IMG/VR virus record: IMGVR_UViG_3300045938_000231
Location: 5,423-69,422 of that record
DNA length: 64,000 nucleotides
Direction: 5' to 3' (one strand)
Source of the DNA: a virus
Taxonomy: Duplodnaviria > Caudoviricetes
A program made the translations under genes and the position numbers. Positions 54,069 through 63,071 of the stretch are shown here, one piece after another. Below the pieces are notes generated by a model that saw only the letters and a program-made list of their open reading frames with translations, was not told where the DNA came from and made no database searches. The stretch's first letter is position 1. Every line of letters begins with the position of its first letter.

Positions 54069-55334
54069 TCATCGATGATTAATGTCACCCCCACTCCAGG
54101 GGTCCGTCAGCTCCCCATATCTGAGTCCGTCGAGTAAGTGATCGTGCTTAGGAACTGGTTTATCTGTCGGCTTTTTCTCATTGTCGAGTTCCCAGCGGTA
54201 CTCCTGATACTCGTAAGCTAGGTTGGCTGAACTCTCCGTGTAGTACCACTCACACCCCTGCACTTTCTTGATTCCGTAGAGGATCGAATCCGGCCCTTTC
54301 TTGGCTTTGATGACATTGAAGCCCTTATCCTGCAGGTAGGCAATGGATTTTGGCTCAGCATTATCAGCGATAATCGGACGAAAACCGACCTTTAGCGCCT
54401 TCAATCGACGTACTAATTCATCGTCAGATATGCCTGTTTCGTAGATTAACTCCTTAGCGTACCGCTTTTTGTTGTGGCGTTTGACCTCCGACAGCGCCAA
54501 CGGATCGTTCGAGTAGCCAAAGTCCAGCGTGTAGTAGCTGCTGTACGGCAGCCTGCTGAACTCGTAATCAGGTATGGCAGTCCAGTTCCGGTAGATCCGA
54601 CCTTTCGCCCCTTCGCTAACCAGGCCACGTATGACAGTCCAGTACCATTCCGGATTGGTGTAGAAGTACTGCTCGTAGTTGTCGATCGTTTTCTGATCGA
54701 TGTTAGCGATGTTGTTATAGTAAGTTGAGAAAATAGATAGGAAATTACTTTCGGTTTTAGGTTTGGCGATGTAATACCCTTCTATTTTCGACTCCTGAAG
54801 CGTGTACCAACGCTTGATGATCCAGTGGTTTTTCTTCGGCGGATTGAAGATTAGGACCACGCGTAATTCCCCTTTTGTGGTACGCAGGGAGTCATCAAGT
54901 TGTTGGAATTCGGTCTCCTCGATCTCCTCCGCTTCCTCGACGAATACGTGTGTCGCTCCGGCGATGGATTTCATCCGCGCGGTCTGCCCTTTGCTACTGG
55001 CCCGGAAGCCCCGTGAACGGATGGTGTTGCCGGTGGGGATGTGAACCACCGACATTTCATTGTTATTGATGTGGAAGTCTGCTTTGTTGAGGGTGCCTTT
55101 CTCCTCCTTCTCATTCATGCGGTCCATCAGATCCCGCCAAAGCGATTCCCGTATGTCTTTCCCCAGGGCGCGCATGAGGTAGCCACGGAAATAGACCGTA
55201 TCCATCAGGCAGGCCAGCGCGTACTCTGTACCAAAGAAAGAGCCGCCCCGGCCACGTCCACCCCAAAGGTGGATGTACCGGACGGCGGCATCAGCATTAA
55301 CTACAGGTACAAAGACGGGGTTGCACGCGAACAT
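54069..55334 (-). CDS. terL: Terminase large subunit (PBSX-like)
   Basis: GGRGRGGS Walker A, VFVEEAEE Walker B, LIFNPP coupling motif, LDFGYSNDP and DHLLDGLRY nuclease motifs. Confidence 0.95.
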   Translation of the reverse strand: MFACNPVFVPVVNADAAVRYIHLWGGRGRGGSFFGTEYALACLMDTVYFRGYLMRALGKDIRESLWRDLMDRMNEKEEKGTLNKADFHINNNEMSVVHIPTGNTIRSRGFRASSKGQTARMKSIAGATHVFVEEAEEIEETEFQQLDDSLRTTKGELRVVLIFNPPKKNHWIIKRWYTLQESKIEGYYIAKPKTESNFLSIFSTYYNNIANIDQKTIDNYEQYFYTNPEWYWTVIRGLVSEGAKGRIYRNWTAIPDYEFSRLPYSSYYTLDFGYSNDPLALSEVKRHNKKRYAKELIYETGISDDELVRRLKALKVGFRPIIADNAEPKSIAYLQDKGFNVIKAKKGPDSILYGIKKVQGCEWYYTESSANLAYEYQEYRWELDNEKKPTDKPVPKHDHLLDGLRYGELTDPWSGGDINHR

Positions 55335-55343
55335 GCCTAGAAG

Positions 55344-55712
55344 TTACTGCCTTAACGGCTTAGGGGTCTCGTCACGATTCAAGTAGACGACGGTTGTTCG
55401 CCCGATGTATTTTTTATCTGACTCAGGAGCCTCCTCGCCAACTGATAAAATCTTTGCTTCGTACTGCCACTTATCGGGTATGAGCGTACAAGTGCCTTCA
55501 ATGATTTCCACTACCCCAGTATGCTTTCCACCATAAGGGGTGTATTCGATTTTATCCCCTGCTTTCAATGGCGAGTACAGCCGACTATACTCTTGGGTAA
55601 GGGCGTACAGCTCGTCATGCACTGGAGCCATACTGTCTTTGTGTCGTTTGTTCAGCAATTCAATATCCTCTTGAACCCTGCCGATTTTTCCAATAAGTTG
55701 TCTTTCAGTCAT
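55344..55712 (-). CDS. Hypothetical protein
   Basis: Coiled coil plus SH3-like C-terminus. Confidence 0.65.
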   Translation of the reverse strand: MTERQLIGKIGRVQEDIELLNKRHKDSMAPVHDELYALTQEYSRLYSPLKAGDKIEYTPYGGKHTGVVEIIEGTCTLIPDKWQYEAKILSVGEEAPESDKKYIGRTTVVYLNRDETPKPLRQ

Positions 55713-55729
55713 AGCCTTTAGGCGATAGT

Positions 55730-56278
55730 TTAGATTATACCGTTTCGACGTGGCCAACCCTTCACCAGGTCGACAATGATTGCGCGATTCGCCAGGCGTA
55801 TAAGGCCGGCCCGACGTAGCCGATCGACGGACCGGTCGAAACGCATTTGCTGACTCTCTAGCATCAGACGCCGATACCGCTTCATCGTTTGACGTACCAG
55901 CTGAGGGGGGAACGCAATGACCTCCTCTTTGACAGGATCAGCCTCACCCAAGAAGCCGGGACCAATGTTGTATTTATCGGAAGCAGGCCACGGAATGACA
56001 TGAGACTTGATATTGACGTTTACCTCGTGAACCTCATCACTGCCCTGGTATCTCCAGAGAATGGGAAACAGGGCGTACGTCTCTGCCAGCTCATTCATGG
56101 CCTGGTACAACATCTCACGAGCACAGGTTACCTGCTCATTTCGGACACGATCACATTTCTGCACGCAGGTGCCTAATTCGTTTACGTCAGGAGGGTAGAT
56201 CGATCTCAGCCTAATATTGACAGGCTCTTTTCTATTTGCCTTTAGAGCGTATTCCAATGCATCGACAGTATGGCTCAT
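55730..56278 (-). CDS. Hypothetical protein
   Basis: 182 aa, ATGA coupling. Confidence 0.65.
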   Translation of the reverse strand: MSHTVDALEYALKANRKEPVNIRLRSIYPPDVNELGTCVQKCDRVRNEQVTCAREMLYQAMNELAETYALFPILWRYQGSDEVHEVNVNIKSHVIPWPASDKYNIGPGFLGEADPVKEEVIAFPPQLVRQTMKRYRRLMLESQQMRFDRSVDRLRRAGLIRLANRAIIVDLVKGWPRRNGII

Positions 56279-56421
56279 CGTTCGTATTTGGAGGGGATAA
56301 AGGCCACAACAAAGCCCAGGATGAGGAGTATTTCTGAAAACTGATTATCTCCAGCTAGGCGCATTACACACGCACAGATCAGGCAGATGATTATGATAAA
56401 GGCTTTGCCAAGCATGCTCAT
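56275..56421 (-). CDS. Small two-TM peptide (48 aa)
   Basis: MSMLGKAFIIIICLICACVMRLAGDNQFSEILLILGFVVAFIPSKYER, right after the terS stop. Confidence 0.55.
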   Translation of the reverse strand: MSMLGKAFIIIICLICACVMRLAGDNQFSEILLILGFVVAFIPSKYER

Positions 56422-56425
56422 TGAC

Positions 56426-57010
56426 TTAATTCTGTTTAGGGGTTGGTAAACTATCCGGATCCGGTACTGCCCGACCTCCAGTGTGATCGAGCACCAGCCA
56501 CGTACGAGCTGCCACGACGTTGTTGCCTTCGTTATCTGTCTGAGAAATCTTGAAAGGAGCATCCAAGCCCAGCAGCTGACGCCTGGCCTGTGAGCATTTG
56601 AGCATACCATCGAGACAGCGGGGATCGCCAAGCCGCTCCTCCGTATAGTCGGACGTGCGCATATTCTTGATCGACTGCTTTTTCCGTTTCTCCGGATCTT
56701 GCTCAGCCGTATCGACGTCGCCACTCATGACGGTGTACTTTTTCTTGATCGGCTTCTTTGAATCGATCCAGGCCTGCCAGTAGGTAGCTTCCAGCATATC
56801 AATCTTGGCCAGCTCCTTATTTTTGGCCTCGTTGAAATTGAAGATTGTCGAGTCCTCCCAGGCTTTGCGGATAGCAGCCAGGTCTTGACTGATTTGCCCC
56901 TGGGAAACGTTTACCTCTTCGGCTATTTCGTGCTGGAGCATCCCCTGCAGATAGAGCCGACTCACCAGCTCACGCCGGGCCAGTATGTCGAGTTCTTTGT
57001 TAAATGGCAT
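56426..57010 (-). CDS. terS: Terminase small subunit
   Basis: N-terminal HTH (RRELVSRLYLQGMLQHEIAEEVNVSQGQISQD), helical core, upstream of terL. Confidence 0.78.
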   Translation of the reverse strand: MPFNKELDILARRELVSRLYLQGMLQHEIAEEVNVSQGQISQDLAAIRKAWEDSTIFNFNEAKNKELAKIDMLEATYWQAWIDSKKPIKKKYTVMSGDVDTAEQDPEKRKKQSIKNMRTSDYTEERLGDPRCLDGMLKCSQARRQLLGLDAPFKISQTDNEGNNVVAARTWLVLDHTGGRAVPDPDSLPTPKQN

Positions 57011-57055
57011 GAAGGCAAAATATTAGAGTACTATGGTATTAGAGTAAGCGCCCGT

Positions 57056-57904
57056 TTATGCCACTTTTTGGAACCTCGTACTGACCAGCTTTGGACAGAC
57101 GTTTTGCCAGTTTACCCGGTGATGATACCGCCCGTATTTGATGACCAGCTTTACCGCGTTGGGAGCAATCATGACAGCGTAAGCCGTCTTACGTACCGTA
57201 CCCGATTCCTGGTATATCTCCGTGTTGCCTCCCTTCTCAGATTGGCTATCGCGCATACTGATCTGCATGAAGTTTAGGCTGAGCTCGACCTTACCACGAC
57301 GCCACGACTCTATCGCATTGATCAAGTCGTCATTCATCCGGCCACGCCACACAGTGAACAGTTCCGGATCACTCGGCATGTTATGAGCGTTGAAGACACG
57401 ACGGCTGAATTTGAATACCCGGTCAGGTCTAGCATCGGCGCCAACCGCAAAGCCACAATTCACAAGCCCCGCTTTATGGGCGAAGGCGCTGAGCAGACTA
57501 AGACGTTTCTGGAAAGCCTCACCATCTAACCGCAGGTGCTTGGGCGCGTCGTTCTGTTTGGTGATACTATAGAAAGCCGTATAGTCGTCGTCAAACTGCC
57601 AGTGGCGCAGTTCCCCCCGCTCCTGGCTGATCCGGCGCGTAGCGTTGCGAACCGGGACAGCCCCGCTCCCCATTGTCTCGACGCCGAAGTTGTCGAGTAG
57701 GTCAGATTCTTTTACCTGCTCGTACCAGTCGAACACTAACACACGTTCCCCCCAGGTAGCCTGGTAGTCGGGTAGCTTCTCGTCATTCGTCCCACACACG
57801 ATAAACTAGGGGCCGGGGTAATTCATATCGGTCAAGGTCTGCGCGGTCGTACACTTGGGGCGCCCCTTCGAAATGATGTAAATCGTATTCAGTGACTCAC
57901 TCAT
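57056..57904 (-). pseudogene. TET-associated (TAGT/GREB1-like) glycosyltransferase interrupted by an in-frame TAG at codon 33
   Basis: ATG 57904 gives MSESLNTIYIISKGRP...NYPGP-TAG-FIVCG...VRN...HWQFDDDY...GGNT...HHRVNW; TAG at 57806-57808. Confidence 0.8.
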
Positions 57905-58691
57905 GATCGGCGTCGGTTTGAGTGTCACTAAATCCATTCAATTCCTTCACCTCATCGATGATATCGGAGAAGCCGTTCTCGATCAGCCCGTCTTTGTCCA
58001 GCAGCACAAGCCCCAACTTCTCAAATAGACGCTGCTCATCGGGGGTAGCCTGGTAGGCGTAGTAGTCGGCGATCTTGGAGAAATTGAACGACGTAAAGAA
58101 GCAGGCCCGTGCGCGCATCATTTCCCTGAGGACCGGATCAACCAGGGCGTTGATTTCGGTCTCAAACTTATTTTCACAGCAGAACAGATCACTGGGGCGA
58201 TGAACCGTCTGCTTTGGCTCGTATAAAACCTCCCCTACTTTCGGCGAATAGGAAGAACGAAGCGGTTGCTCGGGTTCTGATTCAGGAACCGTAAAGCCCC
58301 AGGCCTCCGTGTCGATGTCGAATACAGCCCCGAGTCGCTCAACTTCAGCCATATCGAACGATAGGTTTTCCTGCTGAACCTTATTGTCGGCTAGGGCCAG
58401 CTCGTGGAATTCTTTCGTGCCTGGTTGAATGTCGGTACGGACAGTAGCGACCAACGTATCACCATCGGCCGGGACAAAGACGACTTTCGTTTTACCGAGT
58501 GCACGCATCGCTTCCGTTACGTGGTTACCGCCGATGATTGTTTTGTCAGCCGCTAACACAACGCCCCGACCAACCCCTAGTTCGTCGAGCGATTTCTTCA
58601 GTAGCTCTTTACCATGCTCCGTGCCCTGGTTGGCATTGTTGGGATCGAACTTGAGCTCGTCGATTGTCCCTTCGTAGATTTCCTCGGTCAT
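57897..58691 (-). CDS. ParB/Srx-like N-terminal domain fused to a conserved C-terminal domain
   Basis: IDELKFDPNNAN...SLDELGVGRGVVL....IIGGNH...LALADNK; C-terminal FNFSKIADYYA...LVLLDKDGLIENGF. Confidence 0.8.
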   Translation of the reverse strand: MTEEIYEGTIDELKFDPNNANQGTEHGKELLKKSLDELGVGRGVVLAADKTIIGGNHVTEAMRALGKTKVVFVPADGDTLVATVRTDIQPGTKEFHELALADNKVQQENLSFDMAEVERLGAVFDIDTEAWGFTVPESEPEQPLRSSYSPKVGEVLYEPKQTVHRPSDLFCCENKFETEINALVDPVLREMMRARACFFTSFNFSKIADYYAYQATPDEQRLFEKLGLVLLDKDGLIENGFSDIIDEVKELNGFSDTQTDADHE

Positions 58692-59137
58692 ACGGACTTA
58701 ATGGTTTTGGAGTCCATATCAAGTCGATAGAAGGGGGATGGGTAATCACGCGGATCTAGCCCCAGTTCAACAGCAGACACGCAGAAGGTCATGACGGGCA
58801 CTTTGACTACATCTTTTGAGCCACACGTCCATACCTTACGAAGCCCATCACACAGTTGACGGCTGCACATGGCAGCGCCGGTTACACCAAACTTTGGGTC
58901 TTTTAGCTCCCGAATTAGGAGCGCATTCTTGGCGCTGGTTTGGAAAATGTAGAATGACCCCTTATGCTTGAAGAGGGCAACACGAAGCGTTGCCCCTCCG
59001 ATATTGAGCAGGTCATACAAGCCTTTTGTGAGGTAAACCTCACCATCATTCATGCGAAAATTCAGAAAGTACTTAGCGTTACGTTTGGGCAATGAATCGG
59101 CATAAAAAAAGCCGGATTCGGCACTCGTGTCGAACAT
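58688..59137 (-). CDS. Hypothetical protein, first gene of the late arm
   Basis: 149 aa, ATGA coupling to the ParB-like gene. Confidence 0.7.
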   Translation of the reverse strand: MFDTSAESGFFYADSLPKRNAKYFLNFRMNDGEVYLTKGLYDLLNIGGATLRVALFKHKGSFYIFQTSAKNALLIRELKDPKFGVTGAAMCSRQLCDGLRKVWTCGSKDVVKVPVMTFCVSAVELGLDPRDYPSPFYRLDMDSKTIKSV

Positions 59138-59280
59138 AGATAATCTTGGATGAAGAGATGAGAGACAATTGCGACTGCTAAAATATAGAAGAAATATTTT
59201 TATTTTTTATTACCCTTATTTATTTGTTTTTAAACCTTACTATACCTTACTTTGCAATGTAATCATAAACAATTACATCC
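59138..59280. promoter_or_regulatory. AT-rich divergent promoter region
   Basis: Intergenic gap between the two arms; TTTG (59223), 20-nt spacer, TTACTTTG (59247), one mismatch from the Bacteroidota consensus. Confidence 0.55.
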
Positions 59281-59637
59281 ATGAAAAGTACGGTTAACAC
59301 TTCCCCTATCGCTCGGGCAGACGCTATGCGCCTGGCCTGGGAAATCCGCCGGCAAGGCATTGCATTCGGCGAGGCTATCAAGAAGGCTTGGAGAACCCTC
59401 CGCCTGAAAATCCAACTCGGTAAGACCGACGAAAAAGGCACCTGGATTGCCTTTGAAAAAGAGGATGGCGAGATACGTAGAGCACTGGCTACACGTACGT
59501 TAGAGCACATTCCTACGCAGTTCCACCCAAAGAAAGCCGACGGTGCTACGTCTGGTCTGGTGGTTAAGTTCTTCGATATTTTAAAGGACGGTTGGCGCTC
59601 ATTCCGCGCTGATCGGCTAATTATCACTAACGCTTAA
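59281..59637 (+). CDS. DUF2693 / WYL-like SH3-fold protein
   Basis: AMRLAW..R...FGEAIKKAW...FEKEDGEIRRALAT...FFDILKDGWRSFRADRL. Confidence 0.78.
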   Translation: MKSTVNTSPIARADAMRLAWEIRRQGIAFGEAIKKAWRTLRLKIQLGKTDEKGTWIAFEKEDGEIRRALATRTLEHIPTQFHPKKADGATSGLVVKFFDILKDGWRSFRADRLIITNA

Positions 59638-59650
59638 CCTCCCTACCATC

Positions 59651-59821
59651 ATGGCAAATCAAGTCACTCCCCTTTCGATGCTCAAGCTCCAGTTACATGA
59701 CTGGAAAGTACTACTCAGTCAACTGGAGAAAAACACCGATACTCCGACAGCTGACATAGCCTTTTGTAAGGGCAAAATCCAACAGATAGAGCAGGAGGTA
59801 AAAGACCTGACACTCGAATAG
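59651..59821 (+). CDS. MANQ micro-protein, copy 3 (56 aa)
   Basis: MANQVTPLSMLKLQLHDWKVLLSQLEKNTDTPTADIAFCKGKIQQIEQEVKDLTLE. Confidence 0.85.
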   Translation: MANQVTPLSMLKLQLHDWKVLLSQLEKNTDTPTADIAFCKGKIQQIEQEVKDLTLE

Positions 59822-59863
59822 GATCACCGGCCCGGCTAACCACCGGGCCTAATCTCTTCCCAT

Positions 59864-60241
59864 ATGAAAGCGTATCTGGTTGACCCCAACGCCCGCACTA
59901 TTACGGAGGTAGAGCAAACCGGCCTACAAAGTTTGTACGCACTAGTTCAGTGCCAGACGGTTGAAATGGTCTATCCATTCAACACCTGTACGGATAGCAT
60001 ATACGTCGATGAAAACGGCTACTATGCTGACCCGCGCCCCGCTTCATTCAAGATCAAAGGTCACACTGTTCACTACATCGGCAACGGTGTTGTGGTTGGC
60101 TCTGGAGCCGACGGCGAGGACGTAGCCCCACGGCTCACGCTGGACCTGTTGGAGCAGCTAGTCGTCTGGCTCGGCGTAGAGGATACCGAACCGGAAATAA
60201 TCGTCATGTCTTGGTCTGAACGGGAAAACCTGTACGAATAA
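59864..60241 (+). CDS. DUF3846-like protein
   Basis: AYLVDP...LQSLYALVQCQTVEMV...IYVDENG...IGNGVVVG. Confidence 0.6.
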   Translation: MKAYLVDPNARTITEVEQTGLQSLYALVQCQTVEMVYPFNTCTDSIYVDENGYYADPRPASFKIKGHTVHYIGNGVVVGSGADGEDVAPRLTLDLLEQLVVWLGVEDTEPEIIVMSWSERENLYE

Positions 60242-60290
60242 TCAACCTGCCCGGCTGCTACCCAGTGGCCGGGCGTAAACCCCTTTTAAT

Positions 60291-60533
60291 ATGAACGCCA
60301 ACGACACTTTCTGGGGAAAATGGGATGACAATACGCCCGACCGGGAGACTGCCAAGCCTGATCAAATGGGCTTTGATGAATACTACGATGAAGTGATACG
60401 TCTGCTGCGTGAAATGAACGAAACGTTGAACCCTGTCCCAGATCGTGACACTGTCCGGGATGATTACGATAACGATTGTACACCAACGGAATCGGCACAT
60501 GCATTCTCTCTCGATTGGTCACTCAACCCCTAA
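60291..60533 (+). CDS. Acidic hypothetical protein
   Basis: 80 aa in the early operon. Confidence 0.6.
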   Translation: MNANDTFWGKWDDNTPDRETAKPDQMGFDEYYDEVIRLLREMNETLNPVPDRDTVRDDYDNDCTPTESAHAFSLDWSLNP

Positions 60534-60546
60534 CGAAGTATAACCT

Positions 60547-61047
60547 ATGGAACTGAACGTATTAACCGCCCCCCTTACCACTCACGAGGTTGAGTGGCGT
60601 GTACAGAGTCAAACGAAAGATGGTCAAAAGATCGTCGTCGTTCCCTACATCACGAACCGGTGCGTCATGCAGCGTTTCGATGAACAATTCGGCTGGGCTG
60701 GCTGGCAGAATGAGATCAAAGAGATTGACGGTGGTTTCCTGTGTACGATCACCGCCGTATTGCCTGGTGGCGAAATTGTTCGTAAAACGGACGGGGCCAG
60801 CCGCACGGCCGTCGAACCGGTGAAGGGAGGAATCAGCGACGCTATGAAACGTGCAGCTGTACAGTTTGGCCTGGGCCGGGCGCTGTATGACTTCCCCAAA
60901 ATCCTGATTCAGTGTACGGATAAATACATTCCAGACTGGTCAACGCCTTTGCTCGACAAGCTAGTCGAGAAGATAAACGCTGGTGGCCAGGTACGTGATG
61001 TCGTCGTATTGAAGCCAGAACACGCAAAACAAACCCGGCAATCATGA
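60547..61047 (+). CDS. Rad52/Rad22-like single-strand annealing recombinase (Sak)
   Basis: EVEWRVQS...VPYITNRCVMQRFDEQFG..GWQ...KGGISDAMKRAAVQFGLGRALY. Confidence 0.88.
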   Translation: MELNVLTAPLTTHEVEWRVQSQTKDGQKIVVVPYITNRCVMQRFDEQFGWAGWQNEIKEIDGGFLCTITAVLPGGEIVRKTDGASRTAVEPVKGGISDAMKRAAVQFGLGRALYDFPKILIQCTDKYIPDWSTPLLDKLVEKINAGGQVRDVVVLKPEHAKQTRQS

Positions 61048-61925
61048 TCTATCAAGCTATTCAATCAATGGACGACTACGTGTCTACGTGGTCGCATACC
61101 CACGATTTGCGGCAGGTCGCTGACAGCCACCCTTTTGCCTGCTTTCCGTCAATGGTTATGTCAATGATACAATTTGAAAAGCTGCTCTTGAATTCCTGGT
61201 CGGCTGAGTACGCGCTACGTATTACACCAGCGGTAAATGATAAACAGTACCTTCAAAGCTCACTACATTGGACATTTCCCCAAGCGTACTACAGTATTCT
61301 GTTTTCGGCCCGGGCGTTCCTGGCCGCTAAACTCTGGCCTGACTCTAATCCCGACGTAGTTGCCCGCCGGGTAGGCCGCCTGGTTGCGGCAGGGTATTAC
61401 CCACAGAGCTTAAGCTACTATACAGTTGGGGCGGGAAAGCGTTACAAAGTGAACCGACTACCACCCGATCAGCCCTTGAGGGTGCACCTGGATTATACAC
61501 GCGACCGCATGCTCAAACAGGAGATTCATCGGGTTCAATGCAACCCCAAAACTGCCCTTCGTCATCCCACGACGGGAGCGATTAGTAAGACGCTGACCAT
61601 CGATCAACTTCGTTGCATAGCGCGCAATCTGGGGCATACCTCCTTTTTCGACGTAATGACCCGCCTGCGCATCTCATCGACAGACAGAGATATTGAACGG
61701 TTGTACCAGGAAGGAGAAGCGTTTGACGTTAGTCTTTTTCACGACTATCTCCTCGCTCTAGTTGAGCATATCAACTCTGTGCATGAGCTATATGTGTTAA
61801 AAGCTGTAGGGACGGAAGCTTACTCAGATGCTGTTTGGAAACTCCCGTCTTATCTGCGGGAATCATTCGTTAATGAGCGTTTTCTAAAAGTTTTGCTCCC
61901 CGCTCTTGCGGGTGTACCTGCTTAA
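61044..61925 (+). CDS. Hypothetical protein, possibly HEPN-like
   Basis: WTFPQAYYSILFSARAFL resembles the HEPN N-terminal helix; no canonical RxxxxH seen. Confidence 0.5.
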   Translation: MIYQAIQSMDDYVSTWSHTHDLRQVADSHPFACFPSMVMSMIQFEKLLLNSWSAEYALRITPAVNDKQYLQSSLHWTFPQAYYSILFSARAFLAAKLWPDSNPDVVARRVGRLVAAGYYPQSLSYYTVGAGKRYKVNRLPPDQPLRVHLDYTRDRMLKQEIHRVQCNPKTALRHPTTGAISKTLTIDQLRCIARNLGHTSFFDVMTRLRISSTDRDIERLYQEGEAFDVSLFHDYLLALVEHINSVHELYVLKAVGTEAYSDAVWKLPSYLRESFVNERFLKVLLPALAGVPA

Positions 61926-61931
61926 TACAAC

Positions 61932-62126
61932 ATGTCAGAAGTAAACACTGAAATAAAGGTAGGCAGCCGGGTTCGGGTTGCCTACCATAAAGGCGGGTAC
62001 CATAAGCGGAATTTTACCGCAACCTGCAAAGGATGGACAAAGGGCGGTCAGATTCGCGTCTTGGAGGATGGGACAACGAAGATCGTCAACGTATCGAGTG
62101 AGCACGTAACGCTGATCAAGCAATGA
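61932..62126 (+). CDS. Small KOW/SH3-like hypothetical protein
   Basis: IKVGSRVRV... 64 aa. Confidence 0.6.
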   Translation: MSEVNTEIKVGSRVRVAYHKGGYHKRNFTATCKGWTKGGQIRVLEDGTTKIVNVSSEHVTLIKQ

Positions 62127-62413
62127 CGGCCGACGAATTAAATGCCCTGCAACCTGGCACGCTCTTCTACATACCGACCACTGACGACGTACAGGCCTGG
62201 ATCTATTCCGGGCCTGTTGTCGGTCGTGACTGGCACACCCTCACCTACCCTCCTGATCAGGACGGGGTAGTCAGTAACAAACGCCCGGTGTACGTTTCGT
62301 CGATCGACCTGCTACACGCCACGCTCGACGAAACATCTGCCTGGCAGCACGTAAAACAACGACTCGACGAACGTGTCGAGTGGATCCAAAAACGGAAACT
62401 GAATCAGCAATGA
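62123..62413 (+). CDS. Hypothetical protein
   Basis: ATGA coupling on both sides. Confidence 0.7.
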   Translation: MTADELNALQPGTLFYIPTTDDVQAWIYSGPVVGRDWHTLTYPPDQDGVVSNKRPVYVSSIDLLHATLDETSAWQHVKQRLDERVEWIQKRKLNQQ

Positions 62414-62706
62414 CTCTAAAAACAACACTGCAGCTAATCACCTGGCTATGGCTTATCCCGATCGTGTTCAACTACATCATTTATCGGCTACTCATTAGTG
62501 ACTTATTGCCAAACTCATGGGCCAGTCAGGAGCTAAAATCCCTACGGCTGGACGAGTCCAGGAAACGGAGTCCAGCATATTTCAAGTACCTGCCTGGTTT
62601 CTCGCTCTTCATGGCAATACTGATAATCTTAGCAATCATTGGTGACTGCATTGTGATGATTAGAAGTCGCATAAACGATCAGGATAAATGGGACGAAGAC
62701 GAATAA
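62410..62706 (+). CDS. Two-TM membrane protein
   Basis: Two hydrophobic segments; ATGA coupling. Confidence 0.65.
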   Translation: MTLKTTLQLITWLWLIPIVFNYIIYRLLISDLLPNSWASQELKSLRLDESRKRSPAYFKYLPGFSLFMAILIILAIIGDCIVMIRSRINDQDKWDEDE

Positions 62707-63071
62707 ACCAACTCAGCCTATCATTTGAAGCAATGGAAACACCAGTCGATATGGTACCAGCTCCAGCTAAACCAACGAAGGAAATTAACTGGGAACAGTA
62801 CGATCGGGAATTGCAGGAATACTATCGTCCACTGCCTGACATAATAGATCCTGACGAGGAGGTACGCGTAAGCTGGCACTGCCCGGTACTACGTGGGCCA
62901 AGATCCCTAATGAACTGCTCAAGCATGTCGATGACATTCAAGCTATCTGCACTGGATCCGGACGCGATTTACTGCCGGCACCCTGGGGGAGCCTGGGAAC
63001 CGATGGGACCAATGCCCTGCCCAAGTTGCGCGAGTAAGGTTGTTAAATTCCTAAAGCTATTCCTGCCATGA
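62688..63071 (+). CDS. Hypothetical protein with Cys/His motifs
   Basis: 127 aa; CPSC; overlaps neighbours. Confidence 0.6.
   Translation: MGRRRINQLSLSFEAMETPVDMVPAPAKPTKEINWEQYDRELQEYYRPLPDIIDPDEEVRVSWHCPVLRGPRSLMNCSSMSMTFKLSALDPDAIYCRHPGGAWEPMGPMPCPSCASKVVKFLKLFLP

Noticed and set aside
57806-57808. Phage-wide TAG recoding (alternative genetic code)
   Set aside because: TAG ends many intact genes here (tape measure 31478, DUF2971 30020, 30000, 43000, 59821) and no other gene is fragmented; no suppressor tRNA seen.
57897-58691. ParB as a plasmid partition system
   Set aside because: No adjacent ParA, no central HTH and no parS array; the context is modification and packaging.
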